A DNA stretch of 26,725 nt from Opitutia bacterium (GCA_050506795.1 JBJHCF010000016.1:1-26725), one strand, 5' to 3'. Positions 1 to 8,854 are shown, numbered from the stretch's first letter. Notes: generated by a model from the sequence alone, not told the origin. Numbers and translations: made by a program.

Positions 1-5
1 GACAG

Positions 6-79
6 CCTATGTCCAATATCGCCCGGGGACCCGCCGTGCGCTCGCAAGCTCCCTTGTCGGGGGCGAGACTGGACATAGG
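6..79. repeat. Imperfect inverted repeat/hairpin (REP-like or possibly attC-like; may extend beyond the window edge)
   Basis: cctatgtccaatatcgccc (6-24) pairs with gggcgagactggacatagg (61-79), 17/19; GTTGTGC follows at 85-91. Confidence 0.6.
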
Positions 80-325
80 GTGGCGTTGTGCGATCCATCC
101 GGCAAATTAGCGTCAGCCTTTGCGGCGGCTACGGCTTGACAGGTGGGGCTCTGAGGATTCTACCGCCAAAATCGGCAAACAAGCTCCGTGGTCCTCGCCG
201 TACTTGTGGAGGGCTCAGGGCCGCCCCCACACCCCAGGCCGAGTGGCGACTAAGGGCTAAAATCCAACTTGGTGTTTGGAAAGAACTGAGGGCCTGCTTG
301 ACGATTCGGGACAGCTTCATGCACG

Positions 326-400
326 GTGTCACTGACATTCCTGTCTGTGCTTCGGGCACGCCCGACGCCAAGATTTCACAGACAGGAATGTCTGTGTCAC
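326..400. repeat. REP-like inverted doublet (REPIN-like hairpin)
   Basis: Perfect 16-bp inverted repeat gacattcctgtctgtg (334-349) / cacagacaggaatgtc (377-392), extended imperfectly by gtgtcact / tgtgtcac. Confidence 0.75.
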
Positions 401-609
401 TCCGTTTCAACCGCCGCCAGAGCAGTCGGCGCGGGTGATCACCCGTTTCGACGGACTTCTCCGGCGGCCGGGGGGATCCGTTGGGGGCGACGTGTTGACG
501 GTAGAGTACACGCCAGGGAATTCAAGCTTCGCAAGCGACTCCGGGGAAACGAATGGGAGAGGGATTCAGAATCGCCAGATCCCTCGGCACCCTCGGTGGC
601 CAATCTGAC

Positions 610-637
610 TTGACAGCATCGACAGCAATGCTAGCGT
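610..637 (+). promoter_or_regulatory. Sigma70-type promoter of the TA operon with overlapping putative operator half-sites
   Basis: TTGACA (610-615), 16 nt, then TAGCGT (632-637) preceded by TG at 629-630 (extended -10). ATG at 644 is 6 nt downstream. TGACAGCA, GACAGCA and TGCTAGCG repeats overlap the promoter. Confidence 0.65.
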
Positions 638-643
638 TTACCT

Positions 644-898
644 ATGAGCACGACGTTGACCATTCGCAATCTGGATGAGGGGGTAAAACAAAAGCTGCGC
701 TTGCGGGCAGCAGGCCTGGGAACTTCCATGGAAGCCGAGGCGCGGGAGATTCTCCGTAAAGCGGTTGAGGAAGATCCAAGGCTGTCCCCTCCGAGAACAC
801 GGGAGGAACTGCGAAAACGCCTGCAAGGCGTGCGCGGCCTTTGGAAAGACCGTGGCACCAGCGATGAGCTCAGACATCTCACCCGAGGGGAAGACTGA
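644..898 (+). CDS. FitA-like ribbon-helix-helix (Arc-type) antitoxin
   Basis: 84 aa, N-terminal TLTIRNLDEGVKQKLRLRAA..SMEAEAREIL typical of FitA/StbC RHH proteins; 3 bp upstream of a PIN-domain gene. Confidence 0.88.
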   Translation: MSTTLTIRNLDEGVKQKLRLRAAGLGTSMEAEAREILRKAVEEDPRLSPPRTREELRKRLQGVRGLWKDRGTSDELRHLTRGED

Positions 899-901
899 GC
901 G

Positions 902-1297
902 ATGGCGGTGCTCGTCGATACCAATGTCATTTCCGATGTGATCCACGCCGATCCTCAGTGGGAACCTTGGGCGGAGGCGCGCATTTTTGAGTATTTCGGA
1001 CAGTTGCTCATTAATCCGATCATTTACGCCGAACTTTCCTGCCGAGCGGCCAGCGTGCAGGAGTTGGAGGAGACCTTGTCACCGTTCGAACTGGAGTACC
1101 TGGAGCTTCCCAGAGAAGCCTTGTTTCTCGCCGCGCAGGCGTTTCTCAAATACCGCAAGCGCGGCGGAAACCGAACTTCCCCGCTTCCCGATTTTTTCAT
1201 CGGAGCCCACGCCTCCGTCCTGAGTCTTCCCATTCTCACACGGGACGTGGACCGCTACCGCAAATATTTCCCGGAGGTTGACCTGATTGCTCCATGA
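902..1297 (+). CDS. vapC: PIN-domain type II toxin (VapC/FitB family)
   Basis: 131 aa; VLVDTNVISD, IIYAEL, LPDFFIGAHA and ILTRD carry the conserved acidic PIN residues. Confidence 0.92.
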   Translation: MAVLVDTNVISDVIHADPQWEPWAEARIFEYFGQLLINPIIYAELSCRAASVQELEETLSPFELEYLELPREALFLAAQAFLKYRKRGGNRTSPLPDFFIGAHASVLSLPILTRDVDRYRKYFPEVDLIAP

Positions 1298-1438
1298 GGA
1301 AGCAAAACCGGCGAGTTGGTGTCACAGAGGGATTGAAAATCAACGGACAACGGCCTGACCGCTTCCGCCTCTGGCCCTGATAGGTCACCGTGACCAGTGG
1401 GTTGAACCGGGGTGCGTCGAGAACCTCCCCGTGAATGA

Positions 1439-1831
1439 CTACCCCGTCGGCGCCCGGCGCGGAGAACCAATCGGCTTCGGCTGGGCGGGTTTCCTGGCGC
1501 GACCGGCCGAGCGGGCGGCAGTCTCGAGTGCGGACTCCAGTGCATCGAGATACTTCAAGAACTGGTCGCGGCCGCTCCGGGTCAATTGAACCTCGGTGCG
1601 CGGGCGGCCTTCGCGCTTTTCACGCTTTTTCAGCGTCACCGCGCCGGCGTCCTCCAGAACCTTTAAATGGCGGTTCAGATTTCCATCGGTCAGCGAGCAT
1701 TCCTCTTTCAGTTCGGTAAAGGCCACCGCGGAATCACCGCGGGCGGCCAGGGCCGAGAGGATTGCCAATCGCTTCGGTTCGTGAAACGCGCGTTCGAGAC
1801 CGGCGAATGGTTCAGTCGATTTCGGTTTCAT
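1439..1831 (-). CDS. Winged helix-turn-helix transcriptional regulator (HTH_34/MarR-ArsR-like)
   Basis: FHEPKRLAILSAL..AFTELKEECSLTDGNLNRHLKVLEDAG..GRPRT..LTRSGR..F..YL..LE. Likely start is ATG 1831 (MKPKSTEPF), overlapping the upstream gene end, rather than 1930. Confidence 0.85.
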   Translation of the reverse strand: MKPKSTEPFAGLERAFHEPKRLAILSALAARGDSAVAFTELKEECSLTDGNLNRHLKVLEDAGAVTLKKREKREGRPRTEVQLTRSGRDQFLKYLDALESALETAARSAGRARKPAQPKPIGSPRRAPTG

Positions 1832-2471
1832 AGGTTCCTTCCGGGGCGCCAAGTCCGAAGAATGAGGTCCATCCGGACACACCTTTTCTTCCGTCGAAAT
1901 GAAGCACGAGTCCGCCCATCCATTCTCCAATAAAAAACACGATACCCATCACCCACACACTGTGAAAAGTGACGGACGGAACCGCAAGACACACGATACC
2001 GGCCAAAAGGTAAAACCATCCGACCCAAACGATCCCGGGGGGCATCGAGTGGCGTGACGATAAACTCGCCAGTCCAAACAGACCCATCCAGATACCGTAC
2101 AAATAATCGAAATCACCGCGCCAAACGACCACCGCGGTCAGAGCACCCGCAAACAGGAACGCGGGAACAACGTCCCACAACGGACGTAGACGTCGCGCAT
2201 CCCGCCCGGCCTCCCCGTCGTTCAGGTACCAGTACAGAACGGCTCCGTAATTCAATAGGATCGCCGCGGTGCAAACGGCCGCCCAAACCCCCAGGATCGC
2301 CGTCTCCGTTGCCCGAACATAATTGAGCCCGACCAACGCCGCTCCCAGAAGCGCGAGACATCCGGAAAGCGCGCGGGCACGGCCCGAGTACCCCTTAAAC
2401 CGCTGCTTGTCCAAAATCCGTCGCCTCAGCTCACGAACCTCGGAGAGTGCCTGGTGAATATGTTGCAACAT
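1812..2471 (-). CDS. Uncharacterised integral membrane protein (about 6 TM helices)
   Basis: 219 aa; amphipathic N-terminus (ALSEVRELRRRI..FKGYSG) followed by hydrophobic segments; overlaps the HTH gene. Confidence 0.8.
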   Translation of the reverse strand: MLQHIHQALSEVRELRRRILDKQRFKGYSGRARALSGCLALLGAALVGLNYVRATETAILGVWAAVCTAAILLNYGAVLYWYLNDGEAGRDARRLRPLWDVVPAFLFAGALTAVVVWRGDFDYLYGIWMGLFGLASLSSRHSMPPGIVWVGWFYLLAGIVCLAVPSVTFHSVWVMGIVFFIGEWMGGLVLHFDGRKGVSGWTSFFGLGAPEGTYETEID

Positions 2472-2503
2472 GGCATTCGGCGATACAGAAGTGCTAATCT
2501 GAT

Positions 2504-4105
2504 CTATCTCCCTCGAACGGTCGTGAAAATCCCGGATTCGCCGCCGAGAGGATCGGCACGGTCTTCAGGATAAAAGACGGGTTCGTGCGCAAGCAACTGC
2601 TTTTCCCAGGTACGGTGACGCCATTGCCAGGAACGCCAGGTTTGGTCGCGCAGGGAGGTCTCGAGCGAGTCGCGGGCTCTTCCCAAAGCGCGCCGGGCTT
2701 CGTGGACTTCGACCCCGCTTCCGGATTCAACAACGCGCAGCAAGGCCGGCCACGCCGGAGCGCCCAGCGATTGCAGATAACCCACGTCCAGTTCGGATGC
2801 CTTACCTTCGATCCAGCGATCGACGTTCCACCCCGCCACCCAGCCGGGAACGTTTGTGAACTGCAGCACGTAAAAAAGACCGAACACCACCGCCAGATTC
2901 GACAACACCAGCCATCTCATGGTCAGGCCCTTCAGCACATAAAGGGTCAGCAACCCAAAACCCGTCGCCGTCAAAACCAGAAAGGTCCCCACGTGAAAAC
3001 GCAACACGCTCCACCCGAACGCGTCGATGTAGAGGTGCAGGCGCAACGCGACCCCGCTGAGGACCAGCAGGTTCTGCGCGATCCAGGCGAGTGCGAGCGC
3101 ACGGGCTACCTTCGAACGGCCGGCCTCATCCGGCTGCTGGAAAAAGAAAGAAAGCACCGCCCCGGCAAGCAAGGTTGAGGCGATCAGGGCGTACACCCCT
3201 TCGTGGACAAATGCGCTGTATCCAACGCCGGCCGGCAACTCCACGCGTACCCAAAGATAAATGACATCCAGCGTATTAACAAAAAGAAACAATCCATTTA
3301 GTACGCCAAGACTGATCCAAGTCTGCCAGAGCGCCACGGAGCGGTCTCGCGAGAGCGACACGCGACGCCAATCCACGGTACACATCCGGACGACCGACTG
3401 GAATCGCGCCGGACGGCAGAGCGCCAGACCGATCGTCGCCATCAACCCCCAGAACACGACCCGCCACGGCGACACCTCGGTCAACACACGAACGTATTCC
3501 TCGATTGCCCGCCAGGCCCGTCCGAAGAGCTCTCCCGCAAGCGCGTTTCCCGCGCCGAGCAGGGCGCCGAAGACCAGCAGCAGGAGAAGTCCGGGCATTA
3601 TCGATTTCAAGGCGAACGTAAGATTTCTCCGGATCGCGGTGTCACTCCATCCGGCGCGCCATTCCGCGATCGCGCCGCTCCACCGCCCCATCGCCTTGAC
3701 CCAGGCCGCAAGCGCTTCCAACCACCCCGGCCAACGCTGGCGCCAGGGAAGGTCGAATCGCGTGCCGGCCAAAAAGGTCACCAGAATAAACAGGACCATC
3801 AGATTTACCCAGGAAAAAGCCACCGCCGCCTGAGCGACCGCGAAAAGAATGAGGAGCGCCGCCACCCAAAAACCTTTATCCTCACGCCATCCCGACCGAT
3901 TGACCAGAATGACCGCCACCAGCAGTCCGGCAAAAAGAGAGAGCGCAAGCCCCGGATTCGCAACGCCGAACAGCAACCAATCCGCCGCCAGCGTCAACAC
4001 CAGGACCGACCATCCCAGCCGCCACGGATCCATCCCAACATTCTGCCCCTCCCCTATCGGCAAGGCAGAATCCGACTCCGAACCCACTTCAGATAATGGT
4101 CTCAC
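2504..4105 (-). CDS. DUF4153/DUF4173-family polytopic membrane protein
   Basis: 533 aa; YSAFVHEGVYAL, RLHLYIDAFGWSVLRF, VAGWNV and LDVGYLQSLG match my recollection of the family. Start could be GTG 4105 or a later ATG. Confidence 0.8.
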   Translation of the reverse strand: MRPLSEVGSESDSALPIGEGQNVGMDPWRLGWSVLVLTLAADWLLFGVANPGLALSLFAGLLVAVILVNRSGWREDKGFWVAALLILFAVAQAAVAFSWVNLMVLFILVTFLAGTRFDLPWRQRWPGWLEALAAWVKAMGRWSGAIAEWRAGWSDTAIRRNLTFALKSIMPGLLLLLVFGALLGAGNALAGELFGRAWRAIEEYVRVLTEVSPWRVVFWGLMATIGLALCRPARFQSVVRMCTVDWRRVSLSRDRSVALWQTWISLGVLNGLFLFVNTLDVIYLWVRVELPAGVGYSAFVHEGVYALIASTLLAGAVLSFFFQQPDEAGRSKVARALALAWIAQNLLVLSGVALRLHLYIDAFGWSVLRFHVGTFLVLTATGFGLLTLYVLKGLTMRWLVLSNLAVVFGLFYVLQFTNVPGWVAGWNVDRWIEGKASELDVGYLQSLGAPAWPALLRVVESGSGVEVHEARRALGRARDSLETSLRDQTWRSWQWRHRTWEKQLLAHEPVFYPEDRADPLGGESGIFTTVRGR

Positions 4106-4139
4106 GGCCCTATACTTTGCATCGCAAAGTGGATGTCAA
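4106..4139 (-). promoter_or_regulatory. Promoter of the DUF4153 operon with palindromic operator ACTTTGC-N3-GCAAAGT
   Basis: Minus-strand TTGACA at 4139-4134; perfect dyad actttgc atc gcaaagt at 4114-4130 covering the spacer and -10 region. Confidence 0.7.
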
Positions 4140-4235
4140 CCCTGATTTCGTGAACAACTTTTACTTCGGGAAATGTCCGCGGAATATCCCCGGCCCGATG
4201 TGATACCAAAACAAAGTTTCGCATTTCGCGTTGCT

Positions 4236-4488
4236 CTACACGGAATGGCACTTGGTTAAGGTGGTTCATCGTTTGATGAAGCAAAAAATACAGCAAAAAT
4301 TGGGCTCACACGGAGCCACGGAGACACGGAGATTTCTACCGGACATACCTCCGTGAGCTCCGTGGCTCCGTGTGAGAATCTTCACAATTCAGCAATGCTT
4401 TAAAGCCGGGTGTGATCTTCGGTAAACTTGCCACAGTTGGACAACGCTGCTTCGACTAATGGCCTTAACCGAGAGCCATTCAGCTTAG
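4236..4488. mobile_element. Putative 253-bp MITE-like element with 26-bp terminal inverted repeats
   Basis: ctacacggaatggcacttggttaagg (4236-4261) versus reverse complement of 4463-4488 (ctaagctgaatggctctcggttaagg), 21/26. gct flanks both sides (4233-4235, 4489-4491). A related end occurs at 12393-12418. Confidence 0.6.
4305..4376. repeat. Long hairpin built from cacggag/ctccgtg units (REP-like)
   Basis: ctcacacggagccacggag (4305-4323) pairs perfectly with ctccgtggctccgtgtgag (4358-4376), with an inner acggag/ctccgt stem. Confidence 0.8.
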
Positions 4489-4511
4489 GCTTAACCGAAT
4501 CGCATCGGCTC

Positions 4512-4597
4512 TTTCCCTGGAGGGTCATGCTCCTGCATGGCCGCGCGGGCCTCTTGCTCGCACACCGGCGGCGCGGGAGCGCCGCCCTCCAGGAAAG
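4512..4597. repeat. REP-like imperfect inverted doublet (intact copy)
   Basis: ctggagggtcatgctcctgcatggccg ... cggcggcgcgggagcgccgccctccag; paralogous to the interrupted copy at 12457-12980. Confidence 0.75.
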
Positions 4598-4716
4598 GGA
4601 AACGCGATCCCGACCTCAATTCGGTTGCATCAACCAGCCCAACCGAGTAGCATTCGCTCTATACCGTCCCGAATGGAGCACCAGGATAGCGGACAGGCCC
4701 GATGCCTTTTTCCTTT

Positions 4717-5142
4717 TCAGAGCAGGAAACGGTTCTCGGTGCCTTTCTCCGGGAGCCGGCACTGTTCGTAGCGGCCGAACCAGGCGTAGCGGTGACGGGC
4801 GATCCAGTCGTAGACCAGATCGCGGACCGGTCCAGGTATCAGCTTTGCCAGGACAAGCAGACGCCACTTTCCGCCGAGGTCGGCCATGATTTCCAGAATG
4901 GCCCGCGAGCGAAAGAACAGAACCTCCTCCGGAGTCCCGTAGCCGCGCACATAAACCACACTTTTCAGTCCCGGGTCCTTTCCCGGATGCCGGGCCCACA
5001 CTTCCTTCACCGTTTCTCCCTGCAGGGGCGCAAATCGGAGGATGCCGTGCGTGTCATGGTCCAGCAAATACTGCACCGTCCGATTGCACAGCGCGCAAAC
5101 GCCGTCGTAAAGCACCAACCCACCCTGCCCGGCGCCGCTCAT
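4717..5142 (-). CDS. DCC-family thiol-disulfide oxidoreductase (DUF393)
   Basis: 141 aa; LYDGVCALC (DxxCxxC), LRFAPLQ, RDLVYDWIARHRYAWFG and C-terminal C..RFL. Confidence 0.9.
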   Translation of the reverse strand: MSGAGQGGLVLYDGVCALCNRTVQYLLDHDTHGILRFAPLQGETVKEVWARHPGKDPGLKSVVYVRGYGTPEEVLFFRSRAILEIMADLGGKWRLLVLAKLIPGPVRDLVYDWIARHRYAWFGRYEQCRLPEKGTENRFLL

Positions 5143-5744
5143 TGTCCGCCGCCGAGCGCCCGTTGAAGCATTCCGGCCGCCTCGGGCGGAAGGCTTTCCG
5201 CCAGGGCCAGCGCCTGGTTTCGTCCGCGCTCGGACATCTTGGCCCAGGTTTTGCGAATAATGGTATGCATCTTCTCTTCGCTGTGTTTGGCGGAAAACTC
5301 CGCGAACTCATTTTCCAGGAAAACCAGGCAAATCACGTCTTCCAGGGTCTGCACTTCCGGATCGGTTTTCAGCCCCTTCTTTTGCAGAAGGTCCTTGACC
5401 CGCTGAATCACCGTTTCGTCGAAACCGCACCCCGGCAATACCTCCTCCGCCTGCTCCCCGTGAAACACCGCCAGGTCGCTCCGCCACTTCTTGTAGCCGA
5501 GTTTGCCCTCCGGATACTCGGTTCTGGGCACGGTCCACCGCCGGATATGCTGGCAACGTGCCGCCAGGCGCAGCGCGTCGCTCGCCTCCGGCTCCAGCCG
5601 GTCCAGCCAATGCGTCATGCGACGGTGGTAGTGCAGGCTCCAAGGAACCTCCATCCCGTGCTGCGGAATCCGCTTTGGATCCTCGGCGTGGATCTCATCA
5701 AACCGCCGAAAGGCCTCGGTTAATTGTGAATCTGATTCTCCCAT
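5139..5744 (-). CDS. DUF4202-domain protein
   Basis: 201 aa; DP, ARCQHIRRW, YPEG..GY..WR and the family's LED and KMS motifs; 4-bp overlap with the DCC gene. Confidence 0.88.
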   Translation of the reverse strand: MGESDSQLTEAFRRFDEIHAEDPKRIPQHGMEVPWSLHYHRRMTHWLDRLEPEASDALRLAARCQHIRRWTVPRTEYPEGKLGYKKWRSDLAVFHGEQAEEVLPGCGFDETVIQRVKDLLQKKGLKTDPEVQTLEDVICLVFLENEFAEFSAKHSEEKMHTIIRKTWAKMSERGRNQALALAESLPPEAAGMLQRALGGGQ

Positions 5745-5753
5745 ATGCCAAAG

Positions 5754-8700
5754 TCATCCGGATTCCCCTTCTCCGCGATCGGTCGCGGTATCGAGGAGTC
5801 GATGACGAAAACGATGGTAGAGAAACCCGATTCCAAGCAAGACCAAACCCAGGACCGCGAACGCGATGATTCGATTCAAGGTGTCCTGGATATCCACAGC
5901 GAACAAACGGATCACTCCAAGCCCCACGCCTCCGAGGGCGATCAGTCGATACGGCTGCGCGCGGAAAACCAAACCGGTGACAAACAGCGCGATCGCTGCA
6001 GTTCCCCAGACGATCGTCGCGTAATCCAGCAGACCGAATGCTCGATGCACGACGGCGAAGAACGGCAATCCGAGCCCCGCCAAACCGCAGATGCTCCACC
6101 AGCGATTGGCGAAATCATCGGACGGCCAGGCAGCCGGGCGGGTCAGAAGCAAACCCATGGCGACCACCAGCAGTGCCGGAAACACCGCCACCCAGAGAAA
6201 AGCCCCTCCCGTGGCGGCCTGATCCGCCAGCCACAGATTTCCGATGTAGCGATACGAGGCCAAATGCGCCGCCGCCATCAACACCACCGATAAATACGCC
6301 CAGGGCGTCACCTTCCGCCAGCGCCACGCCAGCGTGCCCGCGATCGCCGCCGCCGCCAGGACGGTCGCCTGACCGGCATCGAACACCGTGTGGTGTACGG
6401 CGACCAATACCGCAATCGTCGCCGCCAGTCCGCCGCTCCACTCCAGGACCGATCGATGTTTGTCTCCCTCCGGCAAATCGGTGGCCAGGACCGGAACCGT
6501 TCCACCGGTCGCCAGCATGTACCCCGCCGCCAGCGCCAACGACAACCATGCCGCCGTCGCGGAAGCGGGAAACTGTCCCTCGACCACCCAGAAACAAATC
6601 GCGAAAAAATACACCAGCCCGGACAAAACCGCCGGCGTCGCGCCGGGGACTCCACGCGACAGCAGATAAACCGCGCACGTGGCCAGTATGGCCGAAAAGA
6701 GGAACCATTCCGGCGCCACCACCCGGAACAACATCAGCGTCACGACAAAGAGCCATGACGCGTGGAGCAATAACTCCAGTCGCGCCGCTGGAAAGGTCTC
6801 CCGGAACCGCATCCGTGACACCACTACCGACGCGCAAAAGAAGGCGCCGGCCACCCAAACCCCCGCCAGCACGGTCATTCCCCGGCCGGCGTCGCCCGGC
6901 CATCCGAGAAGGTAAGTCGCGTAAGCATAAATCCCGGCGATCGTTCCGGCAATAAACCACCGGCGGCTGCTGGAAGCGGTCAGGTCCATCCCGCTCAACA
7001 AAACCGCAAAGGCCAGGGCGAAACCCACCCGCCCAAGCGGTTCAAAAAATGCCTGCACGTAGGCAATCGCCACCACGCCCACGGCCACCTGTCCCACCAC
7101 CGCCAGCAGTTCCGAGGGGTGGTTTTCCAAACAGGAGTCAGGCAGGAAGCGCCGGCGTACCGCCAACACCACTGGCAATCCAAGCGCGAATCCCAACGCC
7201 ATCAATCCCGGCAGACTCCAGAACACGTGGGGACCGGCGGCGGACGAAAGTTCGTAGAGAAACAATCCCACCGCCGCCGCCAGCACGGCGTGAAAAACGA
7301 CGTCAATGGAAACCCGCAGATGTTCCCTGAGCAGGGGCAGGAGGCAAGCCGCCTGCACCAGCAGCACGATCCAACGCACCTCACCGCTGAAATACGTGAT
7401 CACAAAAAGGGCCACCAGGGAGGCGCCTTTGACAAAATAGCCGTTCGTCAAAAGCTCCGGCTCACGGCCATGGCGGAACATTCCCCACACCAGCAACAGC
7501 AAAACACCGAAAATCAGGTAAAACCATGCCAGGCTCTCCGGAATTCCTTCCCGTACAAAAAACCAGCCCAGGATCAGAACGGCGGTGCTATTGAAAAAGT
7601 GAAACAGGCAACGTGCCTGTTCCGCGTACCCCTTGTTTTGTTGCCGGCCAATGCGTTCAAAAATCAGGAAAAAGACGAACTGTCCCGCCAACAAGGTCAT
7701 GGCGAAGCCAAAAGACGGCGCCTCGCCCTCCAGCCAAACCGTGAGGACCAGAAGGGCCACCACCGCCCAGGCGCCCACCAACGCGATCGCCAGCGGATAA
7801 CGCCAGTTGCGCGCCAGCAGCAGCGCTCCCGCGCCGGCCCCCAGAAGCATACCGCCGCCCCAGGCGAAGGTTTCCAGGTCGGCGCCAAAAGCGAAAAGGC
7901 AGGAAACGTAGCCGAGGAAAACCGCCATGGCGGCGATGCTTTCCCGCTCCTTCCACACGCTTGCCGCGAAGATCAACCCCACCGCCAGCGCCTGCAGGAT
8001 CCCGCCCGAGACCGGTCCCGCCGCCACCCGCATGGCGGGAACCGCGTAAGCGGCGAAGGCTGCGAAATAAACAATACCCAGCCCCCCGGCAAAAACCACC
8101 CGGCCGAAAGCTCCGATCGTTCGCTCCAGACGCAAACCGGCCAATGCCACCCCGAAACCCACCAGAAGCACCGCAACAAACCGCACCCAGGGCGGTGTGT
8201 TCTGGGACACATACACGCCGAAGAACACGGCGGCGATCACCGCCATAACGATTCCCAGACGGGTCGCCCACCAGGCCCCCAAACTCGCTTCGACCCGGTC
8301 ATCATCCGCCGGGGGCAGACATCCGAACCGGCGCAGTGCTTCCACCAACCTTGCCATCGGATCGCCGAGTTGAAGCGGCGCCTCCAAGGGGAAAGTCTCC
8401 CCGGACGGTGACTCCTCCTCCAGGGGAACCCCACCGACCGCGGCAGGTTGAGACCAGGACGCCTCGTCTTCGGTCTTCCCCGTTTCCGTTTTGTAAGGCA
8501 GATCGTCACGAGCAACCTCTTCGGCGCGCGGACGGTCCGTCGCCCTCGCCTGTCGGAACGTCTCGGCTTTCGAATGCGGTTTACCGGGCTCAACAGGCGC
8601 CCGTCCTCCGGAGTCCTCTCCCAAACGTTGAACCTCCAGGCGCAGGGAACTCAGCGAATCCTGGAGCTCCTCGACCCGGCGACGCGCCCCTATCGCGTAG

Positions 8701-8771
8701 CAAAGGGCCACCACGGCCACCACCGGAACTGCCACGAACAAGGTAACCAAAAAAACAATTAAGACTTCCAC
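5754..8771 (-). CDS. Large polytopic membrane protein, DUF2339 family
   Basis: 1005 aa; N-terminal TM plus coiled coil, low-complexity linker, EASLGAWWATRLG motif, many TM helices, C-terminal LFAVD..RIIAFAVLGLVLLGIGFLY. Confidence 0.8.
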   Translation of the reverse strand: MEVLIVFLVTLFVAVPVVAVVALCYAIGARRRVEELQDSLSSLRLEVQRLGEDSGGRAPVEPGKPHSKAETFRQARATDRPRAEEVARDDLPYKTETGKTEDEASWSQPAAVGGVPLEEESPSGETFPLEAPLQLGDPMARLVEALRRFGCLPPADDDRVEASLGAWWATRLGIVMAVIAAVFFGVYVSQNTPPWVRFVAVLLVGFGVALAGLRLERTIGAFGRVVFAGGLGIVYFAAFAAYAVPAMRVAAGPVSGGILQALAVGLIFAASVWKERESIAAMAVFLGYVSCLFAFGADLETFAWGGGMLLGAGAGALLLARNWRYPLAIALVGAWAVVALLVLTVWLEGEAPSFGFAMTLLAGQFVFFLIFERIGRQQNKGYAEQARCLFHFFNSTAVLILGWFFVREGIPESLAWFYLIFGVLLLLVWGMFRHGREPELLTNGYFVKGASLVALFVITYFSGEVRWIVLLVQAACLLPLLREHLRVSIDVVFHAVLAAAVGLFLYELSSAAGPHVFWSLPGLMALGFALGLPVVLAVRRRFLPDSCLENHPSELLAVVGQVAVGVVAIAYVQAFFEPLGRVGFALAFAVLLSGMDLTASSSRRWFIAGTIAGIYAYATYLLGWPGDAGRGMTVLAGVWVAGAFFCASVVVSRMRFRETFPAARLELLLHASWLFVVTLMLFRVVAPEWFLFSAILATCAVYLLSRGVPGATPAVLSGLVYFFAICFWVVEGQFPASATAAWLSLALAAGYMLATGGTVPVLATDLPEGDKHRSVLEWSGGLAATIAVLVAVHHTVFDAGQATVLAAAAIAGTLAWRWRKVTPWAYLSVVLMAAAHLASYRYIGNLWLADQAATGGAFLWVAVFPALLVVAMGLLLTRPAAWPSDDFANRWWSICGLAGLGLPFFAVVHRAFGLLDYATIVWGTAAIALFVTGLVFRAQPYRLIALGGVGLGVIRLFAVDIQDTLNRIIAFAVLGLVLLGIGFLYHRFRHRLLDTATDRGEGESG

Positions 8772-8854
8772 AACGGGCCGGTCCTTTCGGAACCGTGATG
8801 ACGAAAAACCCTGCCATTGTCAAGCGGATGGCCACCCTCCATACTTCCCGGTTT

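Noticed and set aside
88..613. ORFs 88..438, 129..410 and 326..613
   Set aside because: They run through REP-like hairpins, show no recognisable motifs and are probably spurious.
2474..2491. Possible second operator (minus-strand acttctgtatcgccgaat) upstream of the 6-TM gene
   Set aside because: It needs an indel and several mismatches to match the 4114-4130 dyad; too weak.
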